DNA of 64,000 nucleotides from NCBI GenBank assembly GCA_963693365.1, contig CAVNZM010000007.1:2093979-2157978 (forward strand), written 5' to 3'. The translations under genes were made by a program, and so were the position numbers. Below the pieces are notes generated by a model. The model was not told the DNA's origin. It searched no databases and saw only the letters and a program-made list of their open reading frames with translations. Shown here in pieces: positions 15,446 through 50,051 of this stretch (position 1 is the stretch's first letter; every line of letters begins with the position of its first letter). The DNA is from Amoebidium appalachense (lineage: Eukaryota > Protista > Ichthyosporea).

Positions 15446-15770
15446 TGTGTGTGTGTGTATTATGTGTGTGTGTGTGTATGTGTGTGCGTGTGTGTGTGCG
15501 TTTTGGTCATTTGAGTCGCATTAAATGGTGGGAAAGAAAGGCAGAAAGGACATACACACATGTTCATGGAAAACATACCTAATGTATGCCGGAGAAGACA
15601 AGAAACAAAGAAATCAGTGCAGAAAAGAACATAAAACAACGAGCTGACATGATACTACTTGAAACAGGCTTGAACCATTGGTAAACCAGGAAATGGAGGG
15701 TGGGAGAGAAGGGTAAGTGTTGGTGTGTGTGTGTGAGTGTGTGTGTGTGAGTGTGTGTTCCGGGGGAAAA

Positions 15771-15809
<39 letters not shown>

Positions 15810-15893
15810 CAATATGCTTTACAACATACAGAATACACATTTATGACAGACAACACAATGCTAGCTTGCAAAACACATATAAACAGTATCCAT

Positions 15894-15941
<48 letters not shown>

Positions 15942-16494
15942 GACACGTACTTGCTATCCCAGCCACTGTAGTGCACGAGGTAGTGGGGCACTAGGGGGGC
16001 ATTGCGGCTCTTGTGCCTGCCTGCTGGCCGCATCTCCCTCTGGAGAATCTGTGATGTGCGCGTGATATACAATAGTGAGCTGTGAATTTCGGTGGATATA
16101 CTGTAGCAAGTGGGTGATATACGATGTTGAGTTACGAAATTTCATTGCATATACTGTACCGCATTGGTGACATACAGTCGTGAGACTCGAAAATTTGAAA
16201 AAAACAGTCGAAGTTCAGTGTAACCACGAGGATATACCACTAGAGATGCTCAAAGCTCGATAGACATATAGTTGTAATTGTCATATATTTGGAGAAGGGA
16301 ACCCAAAAAAGAATGCACTGTTGTATTTCAACGCATGTAAAAACAAACCATTGTAACTTTTAACCTTGGCCTAGCATCTCTCCACATTTTTGAGCAGATG
16401 TCCAACCCGCCACCAGAAAAAAAACCTACCCCCCCCCCCCCCAGAGCAAAGCAAAGACACCCCAAAGCAACCAAAGCCCAAGCACTTCCGTATT

Positions 16495-16562
<68 letters not shown>

Positions 16563-17208
16563 ACACACACACACTCCCCCGGAACCCACTCCCGTCTCCC
16601 GTCTCCCCTCCCTGCATCCCCCTCGCCCCCCATGCAGCCCAACGCTCGAGGCATATGAAGTATCATATACTATGAACAAAGTATTATCAGTATTACACAA
16701 CAGCACATCTGATCTACCCAAAAAAAAAAAACAAAAAAAAAAAGATTTATGTGTAATATCTTCCAGCATCTATTTCCTTACCTGTCCGCAGTAGACCTTC
16801 CCATCGTAGTAAGCAATCGCATTGACCAAGGCCGCCTGTGCGTACTTGTATCTCCCATCCTCCACCTCCGTCCCAGACACAACCGTACACCCCTCCCCCT
16901 CCCCCTCTCCCCCCACCTCCCCCTTCTCCCCCCCCTGCACGCCCCCCAGCACCATCCCATCCTCCCTTGATTGCCTTCTCTTCCCCATTCCCGCTCCCCC
17001 CGTCCCAACCTCCCTCTCTCCGTCTCTGTTCGCCCACGTTCCTGGGTTTTGGTGCCCTTCGGGTTCACCTCCCTCCCTCCCCCGTGCCCCCTCCGTACGT
17101 GTCTGTCTGTGCCTGTGTGCCTGTGTGTGCTTTGGCTGTTTCTGGTTGGCTGCTTCGTCGTCGTGCAGGTGCGCATGTCTGCTGCCCATGGGCCTCCTGT
17201 GTGTGTGT

Positions 17209-17239
<31 letters not shown>

Positions 17240-17380
17240 GGGGGGGAGGGGGGGGGGGGAGGGGGAGGGGGGTGGGTTAGAATGGGGAGGAGGGGGGGGG
17301 GGGGGGAGGGAGGGAGGGGAGGGGCAAATGTGAATGTGCTAATATTTCGTACGTAAAAAAGAGGTAGCAGGAGTGAGCGT

Positions 17381-17454
<74 letters not shown>

Positions 17455-17489
17455 TGTGTAAATGTGAATGTGTGTGTGTGTAAATGTGA

Positions 17490-17537
<48 letters not shown>

Positions 17538-17655
17538 ACGCGAATGTATATATATATCGTCTTTCGCTCTCGCTCTCTCTATCTGTGTGTGTGGTGTGCA
17601 TGTTTGCCTTAGTGTGTATGTATGTGTGTGTGTGTCTGCATCTGTGAGCAAACAG

Positions 17656-17696
<41 letters not shown>

Positions 17697-17764
17697 CGCG
17701 CGCGGGCTTCGTTTCGCTTCGCTTACGTGTGTAAATTTTTATTTTTTATTTTTTTTTTTTTTGT

Positions 17765-17799
<35 letters not shown>

Positions 17800-18041
17800 G
17801 ATGTCAACCGTACCAGCAAAGGTCGCAGGTGTGCAGGCAGTAACCCCGAGCCCAAACAGGTCAATGCGTCGTCTACGTGTTGACGGGCACAGAACCCACT
17901 GTCCTCTGCACAGGCACGTACAAACCACTCACACGTGCGCCTAAACTCGTGCACGTTACCGACACGTGATCGATCCCTGCGGGAAAAGCAGGTCGGGGTG
18001 TGAGGAGGGAGGGAGGAAGGGCGTGGGAAAGAAGGGTGTGT

Positions 18042-18111
<70 letters not shown>

Positions 18112-18184
18112 AGGGGAGGAAGGGCGGAAAATAGAGAGAGTGGGAGGGAGAGAAGGAGGGAGGAGGGGTATGAAGGCAGGGAAG

Positions 18185-18218
<34 letters not shown>

Positions 18219-18423
18219 GGATGGATGGTAGGGTGAGGTCCGGGGGGGGGGGGGGGGGGGGGGGGGGGGTCGAATGTATTATACAGTGCGATGTAACCTT
18301 AGCGATGGATACGGCAATCTCAGACGTGATGACACTTTACCACAGTCACATACATGTTGCCTTCCCCCCCCCTCCCCCGCCCCCTTCACGACCATTCACC
18401 CAGCACCTCCCGTTGCTGCGTGG

Positions 18424-18486
<63 letters not shown>

Positions 18487-19771
18487 GGGGAGGGGGAGGG
18501 GGTGATGTATGCGTTAGAGGGTTGGAAATATAGAGGAGACAACAAAGAGCAACAACAAAGCGTCACAAAGGTGGGAAATACAAAATTAAACAATTTAAGC
18601 GTGCAGGCAGAAGACACTTGAACAAAGCCTATCATCAAGGGGGTTCCTATGCCTCCACAAAAGCATGGGTTTCGACTCTTTAACCTCTCGTGCGTGGTTC
18701 CCAACGCATTCTTTGTTTCAACAGCAATAGGCGAGTCCACCCGTCTTGGCCAAAGACGAGCAGGGTTGTTCAAGGAGCAGCAATCTAAGAACGTAGAGTC
18801 TACAAAATCTGCAATCAGACAGACAAAAAAAAAAAAAAAAAAAAAAAAGAAAGCAAGCAGAGAGATAGAGCATAAGCCGGGCTTCTACAAAGCTCCCCGA
18901 TTCCCTAACCTATAGAGAAGGGGAGGGAGGGGGGAGGGGGGGGGGGGGGGGGGGGGGGGAGGGGGAAGAGGGGAGGGGGGAGGGGGGGGGGGGGGGGGGG
19001 GGGCATGGAGACAGGGAAAACAGGGGGGGAACTTAACCTGGCAACTATTGCTTTATTAGAGGGTTACCCCACGTAATAAACCAATAGGTTTGACCCATGC
19101 CACTGGGGGGCAGTGCACCTGACCGGGTGGAACTTTAACGTGTTCGAACGGGTGGGTAAGCCCCTGGCGGCCAGCCAGCATTCACCTCGTGCCCATGGGC
19201 TTTAGGAAGCCAAAACGGTAGCCAAATTGTATCACTACATGTGACACGCCATATGTCGAGACCCATTATGCACGGAGTGTAGTCTATATATGTGTGTGTG
19301 TGTATATGATATTGACATCGTGTGTGAGAGTAAGATTATATTGGTGTGCGAATTCTTCGAATGATGGATTTAAGAACAAATGAATAATGTGTGCCGCGAT
19401 ACATCGATGGATTGTTTCTAATGTATGATATGGCTTTATGAATGAGTTTATTGTAGATATATCCCTTAGCTAGTAGTCTAGATATTACGGTAGCTGCGTG
19501 AATGGATAAAGCATGCAATGAGGAGCACTTACGGTGATAGCTACATAGTTGACTAGTTATGATACCATATTTGGGGGGATGCGTTTTTGAAGGGCGGGCA
19601 GCATCCCAGCAACCACAACCACAAAGATAAAAACACAACAGACGTCTGTGTGCGCGCAAGTGGTGCGGGAGGCATGCAGGGTTTAAAGGGAGAGAGAGAG
19701 AGGTAGAGAGGGAGAGAGAAAGTGTGCGTGTATAGAAGGGAGGAGAGGGGGGGGAGGGGGAGGGGGGGGGG

Positions 19772-19803
<32 letters not shown>

Positions 19804-20043
19804 GCTGTACCAGGTATGGTCGTCGAGATAAAGCACCTCCACATTCGAATTTGAAACCCTGCGAAGACGACGGTTCCACGCCTCCTGACGCACCTAGAAA
19901 GAGTGCACGTTAGAAAAATATAAAAATATAGTATTATATATTTAGCACCCCTAAGAAACACAATCGTACTTAGAGGACATATATATTAGCTTATCCCCGA
20001 AGACAAGATTTCAGAGCCCAAGAAGGGGGGGGGCGGAAGAAGG

Positions 20044-20104
<61 letters not shown>

Positions 20105-20145
20105 TGGTGGTGGTGGTGGTGGTGGTGGTGGTGGTGTGTGTGTGT

Positions 20146-20195
<50 letters not shown>

Positions 20196-20389
20196 GGCTT
20201 TCTTGTTCACGCGCAGCAAATTCGGTGCTACCCTGCCGCGTACACTGCACGTAAACATAAAAACATGCACATATACAAACACGTTACACACCGCACAAAC
20301 AAACACAGTTTCGACCAACATACAACGTACGTGTGGACTTACATTTACAAAACCACCACGAAGCAACCAAGACCCATTATCACTGGCAA

Positions 20390-20425
<36 letters not shown>

Positions 20426-20578
20426 AAAAAAAAAAAAAGAAAGAAAGAAAGAAAGAAAAACATTCAACTAAATAACGCACGAACATACACAAGGACACCC
20501 ACACCACCCCCACACAGCACATATTTCGACCACATCTCTACGTATACAGATTCAGCATATGTGTGTGGACTTGGCAAC

Positions 20579-20641
<63 letters not shown>

Positions 20642-21221
20642 AAAAAAACACTTATCCAAATAACTCACAGTAAATTTTACAAGAACACCCCCCCCCCTCC
20701 CCACACAGCACACAGAACCTACCACTGCCAGACGAGGACTCGTGTCACTCCCTGCACTCACAGAGACCACTTTCCAGTCGGGTTGAACAGTCTCAGTTCT
20801 GCATCAACACTCAAGTTAATAAATTCGCACACGGGAAAAAAAAAAAGAAGAAACAAGAAAAATAGAAAGAAAGAAACAAAGAAAAGGAAAGAAGGGGAAA
20901 AGAAAAAACGGGAAAGGAGAGGAGGCACACACCTAGTTCAGATCACACACACACACACACACACATAATAATATTAAAAATAATAATAATAAGAAAAGAA
21001 AAAAAAGAAAAAAGAAAAAAGAAAATAAAGAAAGATAGAAAAGGAAAGAGGGAAAAGAAGAAAATAGGAGAGGAGGGAAGACACAATCCTAGTTTAGGAC
21101 ACACACAAATAATGCGTGCTACATAAACACCTCACACCCGTTTCCTCCATGTCCTGGTGTTCTGCTTGTATGTGCATGTGTGGGTGCCTATGAATGCCTG
21201 TGTGTGCCTGTGTGGGTGTGA

Positions 21222-21273
<52 letters not shown>

Positions 21274-21565
21274 CTCTCTCTCTCTCTCTCTCTCTCGGTT
21301 CTTCCCCCCCCCCCCCCCCCCCCCCCCCTCTCCCCCCCCCCTCCCCCCGCTCCACCCCCTCGCTCTCCCTCCCCGTGTGTGTTTGTGTGCGTGTGCGTGC
21401 ACGTGTGTGTCGATAATCACGTGCATGTGTGTTATCGCCTAAGTCTGGGTGTGCACATCATCCCACAGATCAGTCCACCACCGGCATGCGCATAATGAAC
21501 CACGATACATTGATTGGTAGACAATAAACACAACAAACACCAAACAAATCCACACCCGTTACCCC

Positions 21566-21596
<31 letters not shown>

Positions 21597-21706
21597 AAAA
21601 CAAAAAAACAAAAAAAAAAAACACACCCACCCAGTCCCAAAGGCATTTAGACACTCAAGGGAGCCCCAACCACCGACACATCTACCCCATGTGAAAAATC
21701 CTTAAC

Positions 21707-21737
<31 letters not shown>

Positions 21738-22303
21738 AATCATACAAACATGTAAGATGATCCCCCCCCCCCCCCCCCCCCCCCCCCTCCACCAAGCACA
21801 CACAAACACCAACCCACCCACACACACCCCCTCACCCCCCAACCACACCCACACCCATATCCACCCCCCCCCCCCCCCAACACACACACCCCACCTCACC
21901 TGCCTGTCTACCCCCCCCCCCCCCCCCCCCCCCAAACCCCTCCCCCCCCCCCCCCCCCCCCCCCCATCTTGCATTAACCAACCACCACCCACCCACCCAC
22001 CTCTCCTGCCCTTCCAACTGTTCCCCTCCTGTTTCTTCCTCCAATTCCTTATCCCGATTATTTTCGGACTTCAGACGGATACCAGCCCTGCGCATCTGCA
22101 CGACATCTCCATCGTCAAATTCTGCAATCAGACACAATCGGTGAGATTTTGCTCTAATCCCATTCAAAAAACATAACCCCCCTCCCCCCCCCCCATTCAA
22201 CAAAGGACCCCCCCTTAATCCCCCCCCCCCTCCCCCCCCCCCCCCTTTTACCCCCAGTCACCTAAACCCACAGATCATGCCGAACAAGGCGCCCATTCCT
22301 CGC

Positions 22304-22334
<31 letters not shown>

Positions 22335-22713
22335 GCCCCTCATCCTCTCCCCTCCCCCCATATGCCCACCCTACCTGCCCCTGCCTTCCCAACTCCCCAA
22401 CCCCCCTCCCTTCACTCCCCCATCCATCCCCATCTTCCCCCGCCCCCGCCCTCTCCCCCTCCCCCCACCCTTCCCCACACCCATCCATCCACCCACCCAC
22501 CCAGCCACCCACCCACCCTTCCCCCCTCCCTTCCCCTCCCCCAACACACACACACGTACACATACACGCACCCACAGTGTAGAGACTAGTGTCAATGATC
22601 TGGCGCACACTGGCTGGCCGATACAAATTTCCATCTGTCTGCTGCGGTAAAATCCCCCCATCCGAATTTGCCTCCCCTAATTGACTGTTTTCTGCTGTGA
22701 TGCAGTACGCCTG

Positions 22714-22772
<59 letters not shown>

Positions 22773-23350
22773 GGGGGGGGGGGGAGGGGGGGGGGGGGGA
22801 GAGGGAGAGAGGGGACGGGAAGGTTAAATGTGTACATACGAAGGTCGGAAATAGGGAAGGGTACGTGTTGTCTGTGTGTGTGGGGGGGGGGGGGGGAGAG
22901 AGGGGGAGGGGGGGAGGGGGGAGGGGGGCTTGAGCGGGTATTGTGTATCTGTGCATGTGTAAAGAGCTGTGTGTGTGTCTGTGTATATGCATGTGTGTGC
23001 GCGTGTGGGAGTGTGTGAAAACGTCCACGGGCAAAAGAAGGCTTATCCAAACAATGCAACGAAAAACGATCCCCCCCCCCCCCTCCCCCCCCCCAAAAAA
23101 AGGGGGGGGGGAGGGGGACGGAGAAAAAATGACCCTTCGCACATTGGTAACAAATCCTGCAGGTTTTTTTTTACACACACAAATTTATCTTACAGATATA
23201 CATTCCCCTCCCACCACCATCATTCATCCTCCCCTCCCGTCCCCCATCTACATCTGCCATACATCCTCCCCTCCCCCCCCCCCCCCCCCCCCACCTCTCA
23301 ACACCAAACCCATAAAAACCTGTATGAGCCTCCCCCCCCCCCTTTTACTC

Positions 23351-23433
<83 letters not shown>

Positions 23434-23709
23434 ATTTTACAGATATACATTCCCCTCCCACCACTATCATTCATCCTCCCCTCCCGCCCCCCATCTACAT
23501 CTGCCATACATCCTCCCCCCCTCCCCCCACCTCTCAACACACACACACGCACACACACACACACACACACAAATAAACGCACACACACACACGCACACAC
23601 AACACATCCACCGTTGACCCCCCCTCCCCCCCCCCCCCCCACACACACACACCCCGCGGGCCTCACCTCCCTTCCTCCCCCCCCCCCCCAAAAAAAACCA
23701 AACCCAAGG

Positions 23710-23743
<34 letters not shown>

Positions 23744-23990
23744 GTACAGGCTTTCCAATCGCAATCTTTCCTCTAATCTGCTCCGGATCAAGAACAGCCA
23801 ATCCCAGCTGCCGATCGTCAAACACAACCTTCACCTTAAAAGACGTTTCTGCCTTAAGGATTGTGGCCGCACAGAATGCACCCTTAAACCGCGCAATCAC
23901 CTGCGATGGGGAACGGGGGTAGGCCGGTGGGTAAGAACGTTGGTGTGTGCCGTTTGTGGGGGTGGAGTGGGGGTGGGTGGGTGTGTGTGT

Positions 23991-24025
<35 letters not shown>

Positions 24026-24113
24026 GGGGGGAGGGGGAGGGGGGACATGTCGGCATGGGGGTACAGGACGGGGCACAAGTACTTGCTCTTGTGTGCAACA
24101 TAGTGAAGGGTGG

Positions 24114-24146
<33 letters not shown>

Positions 24147-24252
24147 GGGGGGGGGAGGGGGGGGGGGGGGGGGATTGCATTGCAGAGTACTAAGTATAGC
24201 TTCACGACGGACAGCACATACATTGTGCTTTCCAATACTTGACAATGTATCA

Positions 24253-24283
<31 letters not shown>

Positions 24284-25151
24284 GGGGGGGGGGGTAGAAA
24301 GAGGGGGAGTTGGGGAGTTGGGGAGGGGGGGGAATCCGCATGGCATCCATCATAGAACATGCAGAGGCAGGCAATTAAACGGGGTGCGAAAACAAGGTTT
24401 GGGATGCAGAATGAATAGCAAAACAAACCACGACGACACAAAACGGTGAGCACGTTACAGCACAGAGAATGGCTAAAACAGGGAGAACACAGAGGGAAAG
24501 CCGGGGGCCGGGGGGGGGGGGGGGAGGCGGGGGGCTTAGACGAGGCCCCCCCCCCCCCCCCAGCACCCCAAAAAAAACTCCCAACACAGGAATTGACAAT
24601 ACAAACCGGTGGTGGAGGAGGGGAGAAAAACAAAGGGGGAGGGAGGGGAGGGGGAGGGGGGGAGAGGGGGGGAGGAAGAGGGAAAGGCTAGGACAAGGTG
24701 GGGAGAGGGGGGGGGGGGGGGGGGGGGGGATAAGAGGCGCGAAAGAACTGCATGTGTGGATGTTTCTACATGGGCGTACAGAAAGTGCGAGTTAGGTAAG
24801 TAAAGAAAAAACCTTGCCCTCACGTCTCCCCGCACACAAGGAAAGAGACCTAGGAGCACAGGACCGTATAAGTGAAATGCCTCAACCTGTTTTCGGGAGG
24901 GCTGGAAAGGACCACTGTTTCAAAAACGAGGGGATTTTTCTAGACGTGTGTGTGTACGCATACGTGTGAGCGTGCCTGTTTACAGTTGCAAGCTGTTAAA
25001 CGTGGTGAAAAATGATAGCATGTTTGCACAAGCGACTTTCATATGTGCCCCAACAACAGGGGAAATGTGACAAAAAGATTCGCAGCACAACAGAACGCAC
25101 CTCAGTCCCGGGCTTTAGAGTTGGGCTGTCACCCAGCTCCACATCACCCAT
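9702..25151 (-). CDS. ARID4/RBBP1-like chromatin protein: double Tudor, RBB1NT/PWWP-like domain, chromobarrel and a long disordered C-terminus; spliced
   Basis: Exons 25151-25101 ([17 protein letters not shown]), 23900-23742 ([24 protein letters not shown], cf. ARID4 VSAKYRGAFCEAKI), 22710-22572 (..IIDTSLYTV), 22121-22001 ([18 protein letters not shown], cf. VFDDGDERTLRR..LCLK), 20798-20723, 19893-19811 and 17976-17814 (RBB1NT-like), ~17197-16782, 16048-15951 plus 15367-15180 ([16 protein letters not shown] chromobarrel), 14486-13720, 13365-12789, 12048-11536, ~11178-9702. The C-terminal frame needs 1-nt corrections in homopolymer runs, so the 3' end is uncertain. Confidence 0.8.
14561..14734. 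repeat. Local tandem duplication of a ~70-nt unit separated by poly(G)
   Basis: gtgttgaggggaataggatgtggagaagggtgatgggagtggaatgggtggtggtgacgggttgtggggtt at ~14561 and ~14664. Confidence 0.85.
18504..18680 (-). repeat. Intronic repeat family B copy, followed by poly(C)
   Basis: Colinear ~165-nt homology with 32476-32640 (gatgtatgc(g/a)ttagag...gcaggcagaagacact...ggggttcctatgcc(t/c)ccacaaaagcatgg on +). Confidence 0.88.
23188..23530. repeat. Local intronic duplication of a ~90-nt unit
   Basis: ttacagatatacattcccct...catctacatctgccatacatcctcccc at ~23190 and ~23437. Confidence 0.85.
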
Positions 25152-27088
25152 ATCCCTCACTGTGACCTGTAGGCACAACACCCGGAAACGTAAATTTTCT
25201 ATGCTTTCCTCCAAAAAGTAACTTGTTTACAACAAAAAGGCTCGTTCAACAGCAGAACATCCCTTTGCAGAGCAGATTCAAACCACACCTCAAAATAACC
25301 AACAGGCCGTGGCTCTGTGTCTGCCTGCTGTGTGTACGAGCCAACTCAAACTTTGTCGAGTGTATATACACCTCTGTATTCGGTACGAGTGCAGAAGACA
25401 GTGAGAGGCAAACAGGGAGAGAACAGGCAAAAAATACAGAAAAAGTTACCTTAAAAGACCTGCCTGTGACCCTGGTGAAACCAGCACAGGGCATGTCTTC
25501 ATGACTATTTGATGTCCAGAAACTGCTTCTCTGCTGGCAAACATTGGTGTCACCGCGAAAAGGCAACCGCGCGCACGGTGTACACTTGCTGTCTGTAAGT
25601 GCTCTCGCCACGCCAAGGCTGCTAGAGATGCTATAATAAACTATAGCTACATACGACTACAGTTGACAGAAAGCTTGAGGATTTAGAAACATGGTTCAAA
25701 GCAGTATTCCGAGGCTTGGACTTGGATGTCTATACTACGTATACAGTGAGCTAGCTCTCACAAAACTCGCACAATTGTAGTTGCTCTTTGCTACCTACGT
25801 ACATGTCAGCTCCACAAGTTCCACAGAAGAAAAGCTCAGTTTTCTAATATGCATAGACGCATAATATCTCTAAACGACGTTACTATTACTACCTTTCCCT
25901 ATGTTTTCAATGTTTTTCTATGTTTTTTCTTCCCTCCCTCTCTCCACTTCGAAGCTACTTTGCCGCGGGCGAAAATGTACAGATCTGCGCCACAGCGCGG
26001 TCACCCGTCAACCACAAAGTCGATCAAAGCCTCGTGGATAACCCAAAATTTCAAAAACTCGCTTAATATTAGATTGATTGGTTGAACAATTAATTATTTA
26101 GTTATCGAGTAGAGTGACTGTTGATCTTTTTTAAAGCACCTATATTTGTTGTATTTCAATATAGAAATAGTATTTGGGTTTTGACAATTAAATAGTTGTT
26201 ATTCGGTTTACTTAGTATTACAAGTAGAAGCATGTAGTCACTCAAGTGAAAAAGGTTTTAGATTTATGTGAAATTCCAGATAAGAATTATTCACCCGTGA
26301 GCATGTACCGGTGGCTTGTAAATCGTTAGTTGATTGGTCCAGGTGCCAACCGCAATCACTCCTCTTTTCTGGATCCGAGTCCGCGGCTGCAGCCTGATAA
26401 AGCCTCTGATAATTACTTTACCATAGATAATAATATTCAAAGTCGAAAGCTTTTCTGCTACAGTCAGTTAGAGAGTGGGGAGGGGGAGGGGGGAGGGGAG
26501 AAGCCGGGATGGGGGAAATCGATGTGTTAGATGATCATGATGATCTACTATGAATAGTTATTCAATCACGCGCATGCAGGGCAAGCAAACATATATATAT
26601 ATGCATGCATGTTCTTGTACGTATACGTGAGTGTACTTATAAGTATTGCGTACGTCGACACCCTTCAAACATAATAAAGTTTTTTTTTGAGTTTTTCTTT
26701 TCCAGGCCTTTCTCTTTCATCTCTTGCTTTTTTGACGCACCATTTTGCTCAGGCACGTGGGCCCGGTCACCGTGTAACCGCCAGCGCTATGGCAGCGCGG
26801 GCACTGCCGCTGCGTTCGGGCAAATTCCATCTAATTCAAGACAGCCAATCAAAGAGTCACCATGACCTTTACCCAATTATACTCATGAAAATAAGCCCAA
26901 CCATTGGTCCCCATTTAGAAGATGCGTCTGATTGGCTGAACCCGCACTTATTGTGCAACATTTGCAAAACCACACACACACACATAAAGAACACACAAGT
27001 GACACAACGCCTTCGAGGATAGCTTGAGGAACATGGGCTCCAGAACAAACGTTGGAAATATTATCACCTGATTATAGACCATGTAAAC

Positions 27089-27122
<34 letters not shown>

Positions 27123-27469
27123 ATGCAAACCAGCCATGAAACCATTGTCCCTTATGGGGCCGTGGAATTTTCGCGTTTTTCTTGAGGTACACCAGACAAC
27201 AGTCTGCAAAGGTAATCGAGCAAGAAGAAATCACCACAATTGATGTTTTTGGCAGTGTCGATTGATGTTTTTGCCATGTGTGGGCATTGTTATTTTACCA
27301 ATTGCAATGGAATAAACATAGCGAACATTTAAACCGGCTAGATTGCACGAGCTCAAATGCTCTGCTTCGGTTCCTGGCCTGATGATCCATGGATTTCGTC
27401 ACTGTGTGTACATACCCGCCTGAATGACCCGATGACATATTACTTGCCTTCCTTCGTTTGTTATCTCTC

Positions 27470-27511
<42 letters not shown>

Positions 27512-28217
27512 CCCCCCCCCCCCCCCCCCCTCTCTCTCTCTCTCTCTAGCTCTCTCCTCGCTTTCCCCCCCCAGCTCTTTCGATTTTTTTTTGTTTTCGG
27601 GGAGTGGGCCGGGAGAGGGGGGGGAGAGGGTTGCAATGCATCAGTCCCTTGCATGCAAGTGTGTGTTCCGTTGCTATGATGGACTGCTAAATCAGATTTT
27701 GCCGTTGGTATTGGATGTCATAGTATTTTCCCTTATGCATACGCATTTGGGCCAAATCACCGCCGTAGAAAAGCAGTTCCACACCGAAACCGATGCGACA
27801 TCCCCACCACCAGACTGAGTTCACATTCAAAAGAGATTATTTATCTCTATTTCTACAAAAGCGAGAATCGTCCAAACCCGTTTGTACCAGTTTCATATAT
27901 ATTGCTACTAGAAACTCCACGTATCTGTGGCTAAAGGCCTACAGTAACCACTATCTGACTATGTGCAATTTTTTCTATATACACTTTCATATACATACCT
28001 ATAGAATGTTTTTACTACTATGGAAACATACACTGATGCTGCACCTCAACGGAACACTGCAATACATGTTCATTCATAAAACATCTGATTCATGCTGAAA
28101 GTCATCATTCGTTCATATATCACTATTTGCACTTTCAGTGAACAAAACGGCAGCCAGCAAACGTTACACTGCAAACAAAAATAGCCACGCGAAACAGCCT
28201 TCAAAAATATATATTTT

Positions 28218-28274
<57 letters not shown>

Positions 28275-28657
28275 TGATTGAACTTGGTCGATCTCTCGAA
28301 TGGAAACATAACGCTGAAGCTCCGATCTGTTTGCATTTTCTGTTTGCATTTCCAGGCCCCGATGCTCTGCAGATTTCAAATCATGAGAAAAAGATTTACA
28401 CGTTCTCAACACAATCACATGTTCTCAACACACGTGTAGTACTTGGGTTGTTCGAGGCCAGGTCAGAGAACCCAAGTCTTTCCAGCCCCAGCCCCCCCCC
28501 CCCCCCCCCCCCCCCTTCTGCCCCCCACTGTGTGCTTCCCTGCACAAACCAAAAAGAAGAAAAACAGAGTTCTACCCTCGCACACCCAGACCACCACTAT
28601 CACAATCGATTCACCTCGTTTCGTTACAATCCCCCCCCCCCCCCCCCCCCCCCCCCC

Positions 28658-28720
<63 letters not shown>

Positions 28721-29073
28721 CCACCCACCCACCCACCCACCACCACCACACACACACGCGGGAAAAGAAAAAAAAAAGAAAGAAAGAAAGAAAAGGAAAA
28801 AAGAAAGAAGAAGAAAGAAACAGAGAAAGAAAGAAAGAAAGGAAAATAAAAATGGGTTCCTTCACCACAAAAACCCTTCCAGGCCCATTATGCTTTCCAG
28901 ATACCAATACCCATCTAGACCGATAAAACTTGCCCCCTCCTCCTCCCCCCCCCCCCCCCCCTCCCCCCCCCCCCCCCCCCCCCCTCTCCCCTCCCACCCT
29001 CCTTATATCCCCCGACTCCAGTTTCCGCTTGCAGCACCATATCTCTCTCCCCCCCCCCTCTCTCCCTTCTCTC

Positions 29074-29191
<118 letters not shown>

Positions 29192-29310
29192 ACACATCCA
29201 CATCCCCCCTCCCCCCCCACACACAAGAGGGACAAAAATGGAGGGGGGGGGGGGGGGGGGGAGAATAGAACCTCCAGGAATCCATAGGCTCATGATGCCC
29301 AAATTAATTC

Positions 29311-48843
<19,533 letters not shown>

Positions 48844-49573
48844 GATGTCATGTTCTTAAACAAGTGTGTGGTTCAGAACCACAGACAGGCACAGCAATGT
48901 GGTCTTGGATGGACTCTCTGAAAGCCGGGTACGTTTCGTTCGGGCCTGTATCCCCAGCCACTTATACAGCAAAGTACACCACTCAAATCTTCGCTTGGGT
49001 GGTTGGCGCTGGATGAGAAAATGCGGGCAAAAACATTGGAGCTCAGCGGGCCAGCCTATATATAAAGGGAGCAGAAAAAAGTGCATGAAAATGAAAGGAG
49101 TTCGCTGTGGTGCCACTTTCCGAACGCTACACCCAGTTATAAAAATCACCAAAAGAGCAAGTTTTTGGTTGTCATCCAACTCACACTCACTAGAACACAC
49201 ATCTCAAGTGCCTGGTTGCCTCCTCTCCTAGAGCCTTATCTATACAACAACACTTGCTACTATTCCCCAGAAGTTGGGTGACTCTTTGACACAGCCTGTG
49301 TTCGGTGCTTGTTTCCACCACAAACGCAACGTCGCTTACCGTAGGCAATGCAAATCAGAAGTGTTTGTGCTGACGACACCAGGCCAGGGCTCGAAACTCA
49401 GAAATGCAGTTTCGGAATTCCTGAACTTTTTTGAACAGCCTCGGAAGCGGTTGTCCATCCTACGGTACTGTAAGCGATCCTCCTCTCCCCACCCCCCTCC
49501 ATCCCCCCTACAATGGATCCCTCCCCTCTTTTGATTTGTGCGTACCCACCCACAAGTCCCAGCTCAGCTTCGA

Positions 49574-49611
<38 letters not shown>

Positions 49612-50051
49612 CCCGCCGCCCCCCCCCCCCTCCTCCCCCTCCGTCGAGGCGAGGCCCTCCCCTTAGGCCTCGGGGCCAGGATTTCCCGAAAGTTTTGTGC
49701 AATGCCATGCAATTCCGAGAATCGAGCCCTGGGAGTACCTTGCATTTTAGACACCAAACTGCTTTTCGATTGCTTTATGGCCGGTCTGATGATGAGAGGC
49801 AGCACCCGGCCGCCGTCCCCGCAGGCCCCCACTGGGCCGCAAATAAATCACATGTACTGACTCCCGGCCCTGGGGCCTACACACGAGATCAATACAGATA
49901 AGGCCCTCGGGCCCGAAAACAGAAATCATCCCCCCCCCCCCCCCCCCCCTAAACCAAGCACTACTACCCTCAACCTACTTACAGCCCTGATCCATAAAGC
50001 TGAGAACAGCAGGCAAACAGCGAGGAAACAGAATGCGGGCGGGTGGGTGGG

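Noticed and set aside
18396-19230. Possible extra exons of the ARID4-like gene
   Set aside because: Exons 19893-19811 and 17976-17814 join in phase into a coherent RBB1NT-like domain, and this region contains repeat families A and B.
49764-49812. HDV-like or hammerhead ribozyme in the RT unit 3' spacer (ggccgg..ctgatga..ccggcc)
   Set aside because: A hairpin is possible, but the P3/P1.1 elements of HDV and a correctly placed GAAA box are missing.
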